DNA of 64,000 nt, from assembly GCA_003228685.1 (NCBI GenBank), contig QIFC01000096.1, positions 49,309 through 113,308 of the forward strand. Reading direction: 5' to 3'. Positions 7,644 to 18,238 of the stretch are shown one piece after another (the stretch's first letter is position 1; every line of letters begins with the position of its first letter). The notes beneath the pieces are model-generated. The model searched no databases. It was not told the DNA's origin and worked only from the letters and a program-made list of their open reading frames with translations. This stretch comes from Chloroflexota bacterium (GTDB lineage Bacteria > Chloroflexota > Dehalococcoidia > DSTF01 > RBG-16-68-14). The translations under genes were made by a program, and so were the position numbers.

Positions 7644-9314
7644 CTACCGGCGCTCGACAGCCGCGGACAGCGTGTCCTTGCGCTGAAGCAGGTTGAACCA
7701 GAGGCCATCGATCTCGACCGGCCGTACTGCGTACTGCTGCCAGAGGCGCGGGTCGGTAAGGAGGGCGTTTCGCGCCTCTACGGGAGATGGCACGAGGGCC
7801 AACGCCCGGAACGCCTGCGTGGTGAGCGGGCCCGGCTGCGCGTCGTTCGTGACGATGATCTCCGGCCGAACGTCGTCCAGCACGTAGTCAACGTTGTACT
7901 TCTCATGCCCGGCAATGCCCGTTCCGAAATTGGGCACGTCTGAGTGCGCGATGACCACGTCGTTAAGGCCGAGCAGGTCGAGCACGTCGCGGTCGCTGTA
8001 GAAGCCGATCGCGCCGACGGCGAACGCGGCGATCGTGTAATCGGGAGGCGTGTTCTCGGAGAGCCAGGTTGCCAGCAGCTCTCGCTCCTGAAGCGCCCGC
8101 CGCTCCTGCGCGATCGGCGCGGCGAGGTCGAGTGAGCCGCGAAAGAGCGACATCGCGCCGAGTGTGAGCACCGCCGCCGCAAGCGCCGCCGATTGTAGCG
8201 AAGGGAGCGAGAGGCGCCGCAGCAGCGTCGCGAGGCCGGCGAATCCGGCGACGTAGATCAGCGGCAGAATGGGCACGATCAGGCGGCCGTGCGGGAAGTC
8301 CTCGCCGCCCTCGATGACGACTGCCGCGAGCATCGCGCCGGCGAGCAGGAGGAGGTACGCGGCATCGCCGCGAAGCCGAGGGTTCGCGAGCAGCACGGCC
8401 ATGCCGCCAAGCAGCGGAATGAGCTGGTAGCGCAGACCGTACGTCCAGAGATAGTCGAGGCCTCGTTCATAGAGGGCGGAAGTTGATTCCACCTTAGCGT
8501 AGAACGTATTAGGCAGAAGATAGTCGTAGTAGGTGTAGCGCCAGACAAAGTAGGAGCCGTAGAGCGCGATGAAGACGGCCGACCAGAAGGCCAACCTGCG
8601 CAACGCCTGCCGCCGGTCGGTGGCGAAGCCGGCCTGCACGGCCAAGAATCCGGCGGTAACCGCCACGGCAACCAGGCCCTCCGGACGCGTCATCGCTGTC
8701 GCCGCGAACGCGACGGCCGACCAGGGCGGGCCTCCCCAGGGCCGCCTCACGGTGCGCTGCTCTTGCAGGAAGAGAACGGCGCTCAGCGTCAACAGCGCCA
8801 TGAAGGCCGTCGTCTCCATGCCGGAGAAGCCCCAGAATGCCACGCCGTCCGTGAGTACCAGAGCCATCATAGCTGCCGCGATCACCATGGGATTGGCGAT
8901 GGCGGCCTTGCGATCGTCGTTGCTCCAGCGTTGCCAGAGCCGGGCCATGAAGAGCATTGTGGCGACCACGGCGGCCAGACCAAGGGCGCGGGACGCCTCG
9001 ACGATGTCGATTCCAATCTTGTCGAGTCCGGCGTGCAAACCCATCCAGAGGAACGTGGTATAGCCTTCAACGCGGCCTTCGCTGTTCCAGTTCGGCCCCG
9101 CGCCGTCCGCGAGGTGCTGTGAGTAGCGCAGTGTGATCAGCGCGTCGTCAGCGTAGAAGTCGAAGTACCAGGGGCCGTGGACAAGCAGCAGGATCGTCGC
9201 TCCGGCCAGCGCCACCGCGACCGCGAGCCCGCGCTGGCGCCGGGCAGCAATCACGCCGGCAGCCGTGGCAGCGGTGATGAGCGCGCCGCTGAGGACGTAG
9301 ATAGGGAAGGACAT
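7644..9314 (-). CDS. Integral membrane GT-C glycosyltransferase (AftB-like)
   Basis: DDALITLRY...G.GPNWN...VEGYT, SGMET, TRPEG, LPNTFYAK, DLLGLND and GHEK motifs; many TMs. Confidence 0.75.
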   Translation of the reverse strand: MSFPIYVLSGALITAATAAGVIAARRQRGLAVAVALAGATILLLVHGPWYFDFYADDALITLRYSQHLADGAGPNWNSEGRVEGYTTFLWMGLHAGLDKIGIDIVEASRALGLAAVVATMLFMARLWQRWSNDDRKAAIANPMVIAAAMMALVLTDGVAFWGFSGMETTAFMALLTLSAVLFLQEQRTVRRPWGGPPWSAVAFAATAMTRPEGLVAVAVTAGFLAVQAGFATDRRQALRRLAFWSAVFIALYGSYFVWRYTYYDYLLPNTFYAKVESTSALYERGLDYLWTYGLRYQLIPLLGGMAVLLANPRLRGDAAYLLLLAGAMLAAVVIEGGEDFPHGRLIVPILPLIYVAGFAGLATLLRRLSLPSLQSAALAAAVLTLGAMSLFRGSLDLAAPIAQERRALQERELLATWLSENTPPDYTIAAFAVGAIGFYSDRDVLDLLGLNDVVIAHSDVPNFGTGIAGHEKYNVDYVLDDVRPEIIVTNDAQPGPLTTQAFRALALVPSPVEARNALLTDPRLWQQYAVRPVEIDGLWFNLLQRKDTLSAAVERR

Positions 9315-9324
9315 CGCCGGCGGG

Positions 9325-11745
9325 CTAGTGTAGTTCGCCGCTGACGCGCTCGAAGAGGCGTGCGACGGTCTGCGAGAGCGCGGCGTGCTCCGGCTTCGAG
9401 ATGTCCGGGTCGTCGGTCAGGATGGCCTCTGCCTCGCCGCGGGCGAGTTCAATCAGGCGCGTATCGAGGAGGCTGGCGACTCGCAGGTCGGGAAGGCCCG
9501 ACTGCATGGTGCCGAAGAACTCGCCTGGGCCGCGCATCTCCAAGTCGGCCTGCGCTAGCTGGAATCCGTCGTTGGTCTGCTCCAAGAGGCGCAGGCGCTC
9601 TTGCGCGTCGAACGACGGGTCCTCCGCCAGCAGCAGGCAGTACGACTGGTCGGCGCCTCGGCCCACGCGGCCTCGGAATTGATGCAGTTGAGAGAGGCCG
9701 AACCGGTCCGCCCCCTCGATCATCATCACCGTGGCGTTCGGCACGTCGATGCCCACTTCTACCACGGACGTCGATACGAGGATCTGCGCTTCGCCGCTGT
9801 GAAAGCGTTGCATGGCAGTGGCCTTGTCGCGGCCGGCCATCCTTCCGTGGAGGAGTTCGAGTTGGAGGTCCGGATAGACGTCCGACTTGAGCCGCTCATA
9901 CTCCTCAATCGCGGCTTTGGCCTGCAGCGCCTTGGATGCTTCCACCAGCGGGCAGATGACGAACGCCTGTCTCCCCGCCTCCACTTGGCCTCGCAAGAAG
10001 GCGTACGCGCCATCACGTTCCTCGGGTGGCCACCAGCGCGTGCTGATGGGCTTGCGCCCCGGCGGCAGTTCGTCGATCACGGAGACGTCCAGGTCACCGT
10101 AGAGCGTGAGATAGAGCGAGCGCGGGATGGGCGTCGCGGTCATCACCAGCATGTGTACCGACCGCTCCGACTTGTCGCGGAGGGCGGCCCGCTGCATGAC
10201 GCCGAAGCGGTGCTGCTCGTCGACGATGGCGAACCCTAGCCTCGCGAATCCGACGCCATCCTGGATCAGTGCGTGCGTCCCGACGACGATGTCGACCTCT
10301 CCCGCCTCGACCTGCTCCTGGACGTGGGCCTTCTCCTTCGCTTTCATGCTGCCCTTGAGGAGCGCGATGCGGAGCGGCCGACTGAGGTAGGGGGGCGTGG
10401 CTTCGACAATCGTGCTGTCGCCTTGGGTGTCGAAGATCTCCTTGAGCGTCTTGAAGTGCTGGTCGGCGAGCACCTCGGTCGGCGCCATCATGACGGCCTG
10501 GTGCCCGCAGGCCACCGCGGCAACGAGGCCGCAGGCGGCGACGACTGTCTTGCCGCTGCCGACATCTCCCTGCAGCAAGCGGCTCATCGGGAGGTCGCGG
10601 TCAAGGTCTGCCAGGAGCTGGGCCAGCGCCTTCTGTTGCGCACCGGTGAGCGTAAACGGCAGCGATTCCAGGAAGTCTGACTGCAGCGAGTCATCGAGAT
10701 GGATCGGATCGGCTGTGCCCGACTCCTGCCACAGACGGCGCCGGAGCAACACGGATAGCTGTAGCGGCAGCAGCTCCTCCAGAGCGAGGCGGTGAATAGC
10801 CTTCGCCTGATTGTCCAGCGAATCTGGGTAGTGAGCCTGGCTCACTGCCTCCCGCAAGCCCATCAAGTCGAGGCGCTTCAACAGCGACTCAGGCAGCGTC
10901 TCCGGCAGCATCTCCAAGTAGCCATCGATGGCGAGCCGGGTGAATCGCCTGACGGTGCGGTTGTGGAGACCGCTCGTGAGCGGGTAGACGGGCAGTACAC
11001 GGCCGGCATGGGTGAGTTCAGCCTTCTCGTCCCAGACCTCCCACTCTGGATTCTGGAACGTCGGGCGACCCTTGTACAGCCCGACCTTGCCCGAGAGGAG
11101 GACCTCACTGTTCACTCGCAGCTGACGGGCGACGGAGGTATTACGAAACCAGACGATCTTCATCATGCCGGTATCGTCGCCCACGGTAACCTCGCTACCC
11201 TTCTTCGCACCGAGGCGGCGTTCGTTCGCGCTCCACACCGTGGCGCGAATCGTCTCGTGCTCGCCCGGCGTGAGTTCGCCAATGGAGCGGAGGTTTGAGT
11301 AATCGATGTGGCGGCGCGGGAACAGAAGCAGCATGTCCCGAATGGTGTGGACGTCAAGCTTCTCGAACAGGGGCTGGGTGTGGCCCTTGAGGCCTTTGAG
11401 CACTGTGACGGGCGAGTCTAGGTTGGGCGGCGCTGCTGGCTGCGCTACGCGCCGCGGTCTAGCTTGTGGTTTTCGAGGCATGCGGGTAGGGCGGCCTTCC
11501 AACGCGAGCAACACATGCTCCAGCCAGGAGTTGCGTTCATGCATTGCGAGCTGCCGGTATCCGCCTTCTCCTAGCCCACCGATCGCTTCCGCCGTGACCG
11601 AACTCGCGTTGCCCGCCAGGTAGTTCTCCAGAAGCCGGTCCAGCCCTCCCGTCACGGCTTCGTCCTTGAAGCCCTGCCGGCGCTCGAACTCCAGGATCTT
11701 GCGTAGCTGGTCGTCCGTCGGGGTGGCTCGTTGTGTTGGGTTCAA
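9325..11745 (-). CDS. recG: ATP-dependent DNA helicase RecG
   Basis: RLLQGDVGSGKT, DEQHRFG, MTATPIPR, QFRGRVGRG, DLEMRGPG. Confidence 0.97.
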   Translation of the reverse strand: MNPTQRATPTDDQLRKILEFERRQGFKDEAVTGGLDRLLENYLAGNASSVTAEAIGGLGEGGYRQLAMHERNSWLEHVLLALEGRPTRMPRKPQARPRRVAQPAAPPNLDSPVTVLKGLKGHTQPLFEKLDVHTIRDMLLLFPRRHIDYSNLRSIGELTPGEHETIRATVWSANERRLGAKKGSEVTVGDDTGMMKIVWFRNTSVARQLRVNSEVLLSGKVGLYKGRPTFQNPEWEVWDEKAELTHAGRVLPVYPLTSGLHNRTVRRFTRLAIDGYLEMLPETLPESLLKRLDLMGLREAVSQAHYPDSLDNQAKAIHRLALEELLPLQLSVLLRRRLWQESGTADPIHLDDSLQSDFLESLPFTLTGAQQKALAQLLADLDRDLPMSRLLQGDVGSGKTVVAACGLVAAVACGHQAVMMAPTEVLADQHFKTLKEIFDTQGDSTIVEATPPYLSRPLRIALLKGSMKAKEKAHVQEQVEAGEVDIVVGTHALIQDGVGFARLGFAIVDEQHRFGVMQRAALRDKSERSVHMLVMTATPIPRSLYLTLYGDLDVSVIDELPPGRKPISTRWWPPEERDGAYAFLRGQVEAGRQAFVICPLVEASKALQAKAAIEEYERLKSDVYPDLQLELLHGRMAGRDKATAMQRFHSGEAQILVSTSVVEVGIDVPNATVMMIEGADRFGLSQLHQFRGRVGRGADQSYCLLLAEDPSFDAQERLRLLEQTNDGFQLAQADLEMRGPGEFFGTMQSGLPDLRVASLLDTRLIELARGEAEAILTDDPDISKPEHAALSQTVARLFERVSGELH

Positions 11746-12659
11746 GGTGAGTCCTCGCCCGCGCGCTGCTCCGCGAGGACGACCGCAAGACCGATGAGGC
11801 CGGGCCCGACGTGCACGCCAATCGCTGGGCCGATACGCCCCTCATGGATTGGAATGTCGGGATGACGCCGCCTGATAACGTCCGTCAGATATGTAGCGTC
11901 TTTGGGGTCCGTCGTGAACATGACCATCGCTTCCGAGATGCCACCCTCTTCGAGGCAGACGCGCAGGATTTCATCGAGCGCCTTCTTGCGCGTACGGACG
12001 CGGCTCAATGGGAAGGTTTCGCCATCACGGATGGTGAGGATCGGCTTTAGTCTCAGGAGACTCCCTATGAATGCGGTCGCCCGGCCGATGCGTCCCCCGC
12101 GGCGGAGGTATTCCAACGTGTCGACCGCGAGGGCGAGGCGTTGCCGCCTGATGGCGGATTGCGCGACTCGCGTGCAGGTGTCTAAGTCGGCGCCGTCTTG
12201 CGCTGCGCGGGCCGCCGCAATGACGGCGAAGCCCATAGCCATCGAGACGGTCCCGGAGTCGATCACCTCGATTTGGCAGCGCTCTCCCAACGTCTCGGCG
12301 GCCTGCTGCGCCGCGCCTACGGTCCCGGAGAACGCTGCAGATAAATGAATCGAGAGCACGTGGTCCGTGGTCTCGGCGAGCGCTTCATACGTCTGCTGAA
12401 ACTCACCGACCGACGGTTGCGACGTCGTTGGAAGCTCCTTTTCCTGTGGCAGGCGTTTGAAGAATTCTTCCGCCGTCAGGTCGACGCCGTCTCGGAAGCT
12501 CTGGGAGCCAAAGATCACCTGCAACGGGATCACCGTGATGCCGAGTTCGGCGACGATCTCCGCTGGCAGATCGGCCGTGCTGTCGGTGACGACGCGGACC
12601 GGTCTGGGCGCTTGCCGCTGGCCCGGGATGAGGCGGCGGATGCGTTGGAAGACCGTCAT
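11742..12659 (-). CDS. DegV family fatty acid-binding protein (FakB-like)
   Basis: VTDSTADL, PTTSQPS, LEYLRRGGRIG, HVGPG. Confidence 0.95.
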   Translation of the reverse strand: MTVFQRIRRLIPGQRQAPRPVRVVTDSTADLPAEIVAELGITVIPLQVIFGSQSFRDGVDLTAEEFFKRLPQEKELPTTSQPSVGEFQQTYEALAETTDHVLSIHLSAAFSGTVGAAQQAAETLGERCQIEVIDSGTVSMAMGFAVIAAARAAQDGADLDTCTRVAQSAIRRQRLALAVDTLEYLRRGGRIGRATAFIGSLLRLKPILTIRDGETFPLSRVRTRKKALDEILRVCLEEGGISEAMVMFTTDPKDATYLTDVIRRRHPDIPIHEGRIGPAIGVHVGPGLIGLAVVLAEQRAGEDSP

Positions 12660-14323
12660 TCCAGCGACAGTAGGTACGCGTAGTGGGGTTGGCCGCCTCG
12701 CACGAGTTCGACTTCAAGATCAGGCTGCTGTTCTCGCAGGCGGTTCGCAAGCGCGTCGTCATCGCCCGCGCGCACGTCGCTGCCGGAGTAGACCGTCAGC
12801 AACGATGCTGTCTCCGGCCCCATCTTCGCGACGCTCTCCAGAACAGCCTCCTCAATGCTGTGTGCGACCACGCTCAGTGTACCATCGACGATGCCGATCG
12901 CCTGTCCGGCGTTGATGTTCCGGCTGTCCATGGTGGTGGTGCGCACGGCGCGCGTGACCTCCGCGGAGCGGACCTGCGCGATTGCCCGCTCCATAGCGGA
13001 GCCGTTTTCCTCGAAGGACAGGTCGGGGCTGAGAGCGAGCACCGCGGCGACGCCCTGGGGAATGGATCGAGACGGGATGACGACGGCGCTCTTATTAGAC
13101 TGAGCGGCGGCCTGCTCCGCAGCGCCGATGATGTTGCCGTTGTTCGGGAGAACGACGACCTGGTCCTGCGGACAGGATTCAATTGCCGCGAGGATTTCGC
13201 CCGCGCTGGGGTTCAGCGTCTGGCCGCCTTCCACTAGCTGCGTCACGCCTAGGCCGCGGAAGGCCGCCTCGATCCCGGCGCCCGAGGCCACGGCGACGAC
13301 GCCAACGTTCGTGACGTTGGACGGCGCTGGCTCGCCCGCGAACGTCTGCACCTGAGCCTCCATGTTGTCGACCTTAACCTGGGAGACCTCGCCCAGCGTG
13401 CGCCCGTAGTCGAGCGCGTCGTCCGGCGTCGCTGTGTGGACGTGCACTCGAAGGAGCGTTTCGTCGCCTACAACCAGGAGCGAGCCTCCCAGCTCTGCCA
13501 TCTTGGCGCGAGCCGCGTCTGAATCGATGTCACGGCCGCTCACGATGAACTCGGTGCAGTAGCCAGGGGTCCCATGCTCAGCCTGGTGCAACGTCGCGGC
13601 TTGGCTCTGCCATCCGGCCGCGTCTGGCACGTCTGGTGCGAGATCGACCTCCAAAGTCTCGCCCTGGAGCGAGCGTGAAAGTCCATCCAGGACGATCGCT
13701 AGACCGAGACCACCCGCATCGACAACGCCGGCCTCTTTCAGCACGGGCAGCAGTTCCGGCGTCTGCTGGACAGCCTCATGGGCCGCGTCCACCGCGATCG
13801 ACAGGATTCGGCCTGGGTCGTTGGTAGTCGCGTTCGCTGTCGCTTCGGCCGCAGCACGCACGACAGTCAGGATCGTGCCCTCCCTAGGTTCCGCGAGCGC
13901 TGCATAGGCGGCGTCTGACGCCTCCGTCAGCGCCGATGCGATGTCGCTGCCGCCAGCCTCCGTCTTGCCTTCAAGTCCACGTGCGAGCCCAAGCAAGACC
14001 TGCGAGAGGATCACTCCCGAATTGCCGCGCGCTCCCATGAGCGCGCCTCGCGCGAGTGTCGCCGTGACGCCCGATACGTCGTCTGCATCAGACTGCTCAA
14101 GAGCATCGACTGCGGCTCGAAGTGTAAGGTGCATGTTCGTGCCGGTGTCGCCGTCGGGAACGGGAAAGACGTTGATGGCGTTCAGCGCCCCAACGTGTCG
14201 CTCCAGAAGCCCGTGCGCATCGCGGAACATCTGGCGCAGGCCGGACCCGGTCAGCAAGGAATCGGCGTCAAGCTGCCCGGACGCGGTCCTCTGTTGGTTG
14301 GGCCCGTTAGCTGACGCGACCAT
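12656..14323 (-). CDS. DAK2 domain protein (fatty acid kinase FakA-like)
   Basis: NVFPVPDGDTGTNM, GARGNSGVILSQ, YCTEF, GGQTLNPS, GGQPHY. Confidence 0.95.
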   Translation of the reverse strand: MVASANGPNQQRTASGQLDADSLLTGSGLRQMFRDAHGLLERHVGALNAINVFPVPDGDTGTNMHLTLRAAVDALEQSDADDVSGVTATLARGALMGARGNSGVILSQVLLGLARGLEGKTEAGGSDIASALTEASDAAYAALAEPREGTILTVVRAAAEATANATTNDPGRILSIAVDAAHEAVQQTPELLPVLKEAGVVDAGGLGLAIVLDGLSRSLQGETLEVDLAPDVPDAAGWQSQAATLHQAEHGTPGYCTEFIVSGRDIDSDAARAKMAELGGSLLVVGDETLLRVHVHTATPDDALDYGRTLGEVSQVKVDNMEAQVQTFAGEPAPSNVTNVGVVAVASGAGIEAAFRGLGVTQLVEGGQTLNPSAGEILAAIESCPQDQVVVLPNNGNIIGAAEQAAAQSNKSAVVIPSRSIPQGVAAVLALSPDLSFEENGSAMERAIAQVRSAEVTRAVRTTTMDSRNINAGQAIGIVDGTLSVVAHSIEEAVLESVAKMGPETASLLTVYSGSDVRAGDDDALANRLREQQPDLEVELVRGGQPHYAYLLSLE

Positions 14324-14418
14324 GGTCTCGGTTGTCCGCTACCCTTGGCCTTGGTATCATACGGCATCGTATTCCAGCGCGTCTGATTCTAGCAAGATAG
14401 GGAGTAACACTCACTCAA

Positions 14419-14631
14419 ATGCCAGCAGTATGTGACAAGTGTGGCAAGGGTACCAAGTTCGGCCGGAATATTCGACACAAGAGCACCGGTCGATGGGAAC
14501 GCAAGGCATCTCGCACAAGACGAACGTTCAAGCCCAATCTGCAGCGTCACGGGATCTACAAGGACGGTAAGAAGGTGCGGATGCGCCTGTGCACGCGTTG
14601 CCTTCGCACCGAACTGCGGGCGACCGTCTGA
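14419..14631 (+). CDS. rpmB: 50S ribosomal protein L28 (Zn-ribbon form)
   Basis: CDKCGK...TRRTFKPNLQ...LCTRCLR; divergent from DAK2 gene. Confidence 0.95.
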   Translation: MPAVCDKCGKGTKFGRNIRHKSTGRWERKASRTRRTFKPNLQRHGIYKDGKKVRMRLCTRCLRTELRATV

Positions 14632-14649
14632 CCCACAAATCCCTCTGAC

Positions 14650-15330
14650 CTAAGATTTCGCTTCTGTTGTGGCCAACGCTTCGCGTAGGTCGCGCATGCT
14701 GTCCTCGACTGAGGCGTTGTCGTTGAATACGACCGATCCCGCGACGAGGACGTTCGCTCCAGCCGCGGCGCACTCGGCCGCATTGTGGACCTTCACCCCG
14801 CCGTCGATCTCGATGTCCGTTCGCAGGCCGCGCTGGTTCAATAGCGCCCGCAGGTCCCGTAGCTTGCCGATCGTCTCGGGAATGAGCGCTTGGCCGCCCC
14901 AGCCGGGGTTGACGCCCATCACGAGCACCTGATCGACCTCCGCCAGCGAGGCCTCGATAGCGTCGATGCCCGTCTCAGGATTCAGGCCGGCGCCGGCTCG
15001 GCAGCCTAGCGCTTTGATCTGTGCAATGATCGCGGGAAGATCATCGCAGGCTTCGGCGTGTACGTTGAGGATGCCGGCGCCGGCCTCCGCGAACGACTCT
15101 AGCTGCCGCTCCGGATGTTCGATCATGAGATGCACGTCCAGGGGCAAGTCTGTCACCTTGTTGATTGCCTCGATCACGATTGCGCCGAACGAGATCGGCG
15201 GCACGAAGTGGCCGTCCATCACGTCCAGGTGCAGGTAGTCGGCGCCGGCAGCCTCAACCGCGCGGACCTCATCGGCGATGCGGCCCAGGTCCGCGGTGAG
15301 AAACGAAGGCGCGATCTTGATGGCAGGCAT
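14650..15330 (-). CDS. rpe: Ribulose-phosphate 3-epimerase
   Basis: IAPSFL, HLDVMDGHFVP, DVHLMI, EIDGG; start placed at ATG just after the argH stop. Confidence 0.95.
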   Translation of the reverse strand: MPAIKIAPSFLTADLGRIADEVRAVEAAGADYLHLDVMDGHFVPPISFGAIVIEAINKVTDLPLDVHLMIEHPERQLESFAEAGAGILNVHAEACDDLPAIIAQIKALGCRAGAGLNPETGIDAIEASLAEVDQVLVMGVNPGWGGQALIPETIGKLRDLRALLNQRGLRTDIEIDGGVKVHNAAECAAAGANVLVAGSVVFNDNASVEDSMRDLREALATTEAKS

Positions 15331-15332
15331 CG

Positions 15333-16724
15333 TTACGCGTCGAGCTTGCGCCGCCACTTGCGGAGCTGCGCGGCGACGCGGCGCGGCGCGGTGCCGCCCG
15401 GCGCCGAACGCGCCCGTAGCGCGTCGTCGACATTGAGGCCGGGCGCGTCGTCAGGAAAGAGCTTCGAAAAGCGGCGGAACTCCTGCACCGTCAGCTCCGA
15501 GAACGGCTTGCCTTGCTCCTCGGCGTACTGGACGAGCTTGCCGACCACTTCGTGCGCTTTGCGGAACGGCAGCCCCTCGCGGACGAGCAGGTCGGCGTAG
15601 TCGGTCGCCAGCGCGTAGTTCGCCGTGCTCGCAGCGCGACCGCTCTCTTCGTCGAACGTTAGCTCAGTCACCATCGCGGCGAAGATCGTCAGCGTTTCCA
15701 GCAGCGTGTCCTCCGTTGCGAAGAAGGCGCGCTTGTCCTCCTGCAGGTCGCGATTGTAGGCGAGCGGCAGCCCCTTCAGCGTCGTGAGCAGCGATTGTAG
15801 GGAGCCGTAGACCTGCCCCGTGCGGCCACGCGCCAACTCAGCGACATCAGGGTTGCGCTTCTGGGGCATGATGCTGGACCCGGTCGAGAAAGCGTCTGGG
15901 AGTTTGAGGAAGCCGAACTCGGCGCTGGACCAGAGCACGATCTCCTCGGCTAGGCGCGAGATGTGTGTCATGCACAGCGATGCCGCCGCGATGAAGCTGA
16001 CCGCGAAGTCGCGATCGGAGACCGCGTCCAGGCTGTTCTCGCAGAGGCGGCTGAAGCCCAGCTCGCGTGCCACGCCTGCACGATCGATAGGGTAGGGGAC
16101 TCCCGCCAGCGCGCCGCTGCCCAGAGGCAGCGCGTCCGCTTCGTCTCCGGCGCTGGCGAAGCGCTGCAGGTCGCGATCGAGCATCTCGACGTAGGCGAGC
16201 AGGTGGTGTGCCAGCAGCACCGGCTGCGCCCGCTGCAGGTGTGTGTAGCCGGGCATCACCACGCGGCGGTTCGCCTCCGCCAGGTCGAGGAGTGCGCGTT
16301 GGAGCGTAGTGGCGGCTGCCATCGCGCGGTCGCAAGCGGCCATCGCGTAGAGGCGTAGGTCCGTCGCGACCTGGTCGTTGCGGGAGCGTGCGGTGTGCAG
16401 CTTGCCGCCCACGGCGCCCAGTTTCCGCGAGAGCCGCGCTTCGATGTTGGTGTGGATGTCTTCCAAGTCGTCGCGCCAGGGGAACTTGCCTTGCTCGATT
16501 TCGCGCCCGACCGCGCGCAGGCCGCGCACGAGCGCGTTCGCCTCGCCACGCGGAATGATGCGCTGGCGTCCGAGCATGCGGGCGTGGGCGATCGAGGCCG
16601 CGATCTCTTCGCGCCACATCCTGCGATCTACCGGCAGCGAGAGCGTGTATGCGTCGACCAGCGCGTGTGTCTGTTGGCGGAAGCGTCCACCCCATGTCTT
16701 GCCGCCGCCCTTTGTCGTTGCCAT
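15333..16724 (-). CDS. argH: Argininosuccinate lyase
   Basis: WGGRF, HTARSRNDQ, PGYTHLQRAQP, GSSIMPQKRNPD. Confidence 0.97.
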   Translation of the reverse strand: MATTKGGGKTWGGRFRQQTHALVDAYTLSLPVDRRMWREEIAASIAHARMLGRQRIIPRGEANALVRGLRAVGREIEQGKFPWRDDLEDIHTNIEARLSRKLGAVGGKLHTARSRNDQVATDLRLYAMAACDRAMAAATTLQRALLDLAEANRRVVMPGYTHLQRAQPVLLAHHLLAYVEMLDRDLQRFASAGDEADALPLGSGALAGVPYPIDRAGVARELGFSRLCENSLDAVSDRDFAVSFIAAASLCMTHISRLAEEIVLWSSAEFGFLKLPDAFSTGSSIMPQKRNPDVAELARGRTGQVYGSLQSLLTTLKGLPLAYNRDLQEDKRAFFATEDTLLETLTIFAAMVTELTFDEESGRAASTANYALATDYADLLVREGLPFRKAHEVVGKLVQYAEEQGKPFSELTVQEFRRFSKLFPDDAPGLNVDDALRARSAPGGTAPRRVAAQLRKWRRKLDA

Positions 16725-16726
16725 CG

Positions 16727-17452
16727 TCAGGCCGCCTTTTCCGCGTAGCCGACGTACGACATGCTTGTGTCGTCGCCGAGTTGGAAGCCGCCGAGCTTGC
16801 GCGTGCGCGCGAACGAGATGCCGGCGGCAATCGGGTTCCGCTTGAGCGCCAGCCCGCGCGTCTCGCAGTTCTGGAGGCCATGGCGAGCCATGACCGTCTG
16901 CAGGTCATCCGGCTTGATGAAGCGGGCGTATTCATGCGTATCGGGAGGGGCGATGTGAAAGACGTTCTGCGGCAGCCACACGAGCAACAGGCGAGACTTC
17001 CAGGTGCGGTTGACCGTGTCGTAGACGAAACGGCCGCCGGGGCGGAGCACGCGCGCGGCCTCGCTCACAACGAGGTCGACGTCGTCCACATGCTCCAGCG
17101 TGTCGGCCGAGAGCACCGCGTCGAAGCTGCAGTTGGCGAACGGCAGGCGCTCGCCGACAGAGGGCGCGTAGTCGATCTTCAGCCCGGACTCACGAGCGTG
17201 CCGCGTAGCAATAACGATCGATGCCGCGGAGCGGTCGACCGCTGTCACAGAGGCACCCCGTTTCGCGTACTCCTCGGCCATTAGCCCTCCGCCGCAGCCG
17301 ATCTCCAGGAGCCGCTGGCCTGTCAAGTCGCCGAGAACGCCGCAGAAGTACTCCACGCGCACCGGGTTGATCTCATGCAGCGGCCCCACAACGCCTTCCG
17401 GGTCCCACCAGGCGTCTCCTAGGTCGTGGTACCACTCATTGTCGACCGGCAT
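16727..17452 (-). CDS. UbiG-like class I SAM-dependent O-methyltransferase
   Basis: WWDPEG..GPLHEINPVR, LEIGCGGG, DTVNRT, THEYARFIKP. Confidence 0.8.
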   Translation of the reverse strand: MPVDNEWYHDLGDAWWDPEGVVGPLHEINPVRVEYFCGVLGDLTGQRLLEIGCGGGLMAEEYAKRGASVTAVDRSAASIVIATRHARESGLKIDYAPSVGERLPFANCSFDAVLSADTLEHVDDVDLVVSEAARVLRPGGRFVYDTVNRTWKSRLLLVWLPQNVFHIAPPDTHEYARFIKPDDLQTVMARHGLQNCETRGLALKRNPIAAGISFARTRKLGGFQLGDDTSMSYVGYAEKAA

Positions 17453-17455
17453 CGC

Positions 17456-18238
17456 TTAGCCGGCCGGCGTTCGCCCATTTGGTTGAAGGATGGGGAGATG
17501 AAGTAGCTCTGAAAGTTCGTCGATCACGAAGTCCGGCTCCACGTGATCGGTGTTGTTCTCGTCGATCTCGTGGTGCCTGTTCCAGACGCTCGTCATGCCG
17601 AGCACCTGCGCCCCCCGTACGTCGGCGATCAGCGAGTCGCCGACCATCACGGTCTCTTCCGGCGCGACGTCCATCGCTGTGAGCGCGTGTTCGTAGATTT
17701 TCGCGTGGGGCTTCATGTAGCCGAGGTCGCACGAGACGGACATCACTTCGAAGTAGTCGTCCAGTCCCAGGTCGGTGACCTCTTTCAGGAACGTCGATCC
17801 GCCGTACGGGCGGTTCGTCACGCAGCCGAACCGCAGCCCTCGGCTGCGAAGTTCGTCGAGCGTGTCGATGGCGTCATCAAAGAGGCGCCTTCCAAAGAAC
17901 GAGCCCTCAAGGTTCCACGTGTGCCACAGGTCGGCGCTCTGCTCCAGCGAGATGTCGAGGCCCTTCGTGGCGACGAGTGTTTGCACAAGCTCTGGGATGT
18001 CTGGGCTGACCTGGTCGCTCTCGTACGCCGCCTTGTCCGCGGCGCCGATGGCGAGGCGGATGTCCCGCCCCAGGAACCGCAGCTCGCCTTCCGGCTCGAC
18101 TCCCCACGTTCCCAGCAGTCCGTAGATGCGGCGAACGGTCTCCTTGCGGATCTCGTCGACAGGCGGGCGCTCCGGGATGTGCCAGAGCGTGTTGCCCAGA
18201 TCGAAGAGGACAGCCTTCTTCGCGGTAGTTGTAGCCAT
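17456..18238 (-). CDS. HAD-superfamily hydrolase
   Basis: FDLGNTL, VTN, MKPH, VGDSLIADVRGA. Confidence 0.9.
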   Translation of the reverse strand: MATTTAKKAVLFDLGNTLWHIPERPPVDEIRKETVRRIYGLLGTWGVEPEGELRFLGRDIRLAIGAADKAAYESDQVSPDIPELVQTLVATKGLDISLEQSADLWHTWNLEGSFFGRRLFDDAIDTLDELRSRGLRFGCVTNRPYGGSTFLKEVTDLGLDDYFEVMSVSCDLGYMKPHAKIYEHALTAMDVAPEETVMVGDSLIADVRGAQVLGMTSVWNRHHEIDENNTDHVEPDFVIDELSELLHLPILQPNGRTPAG

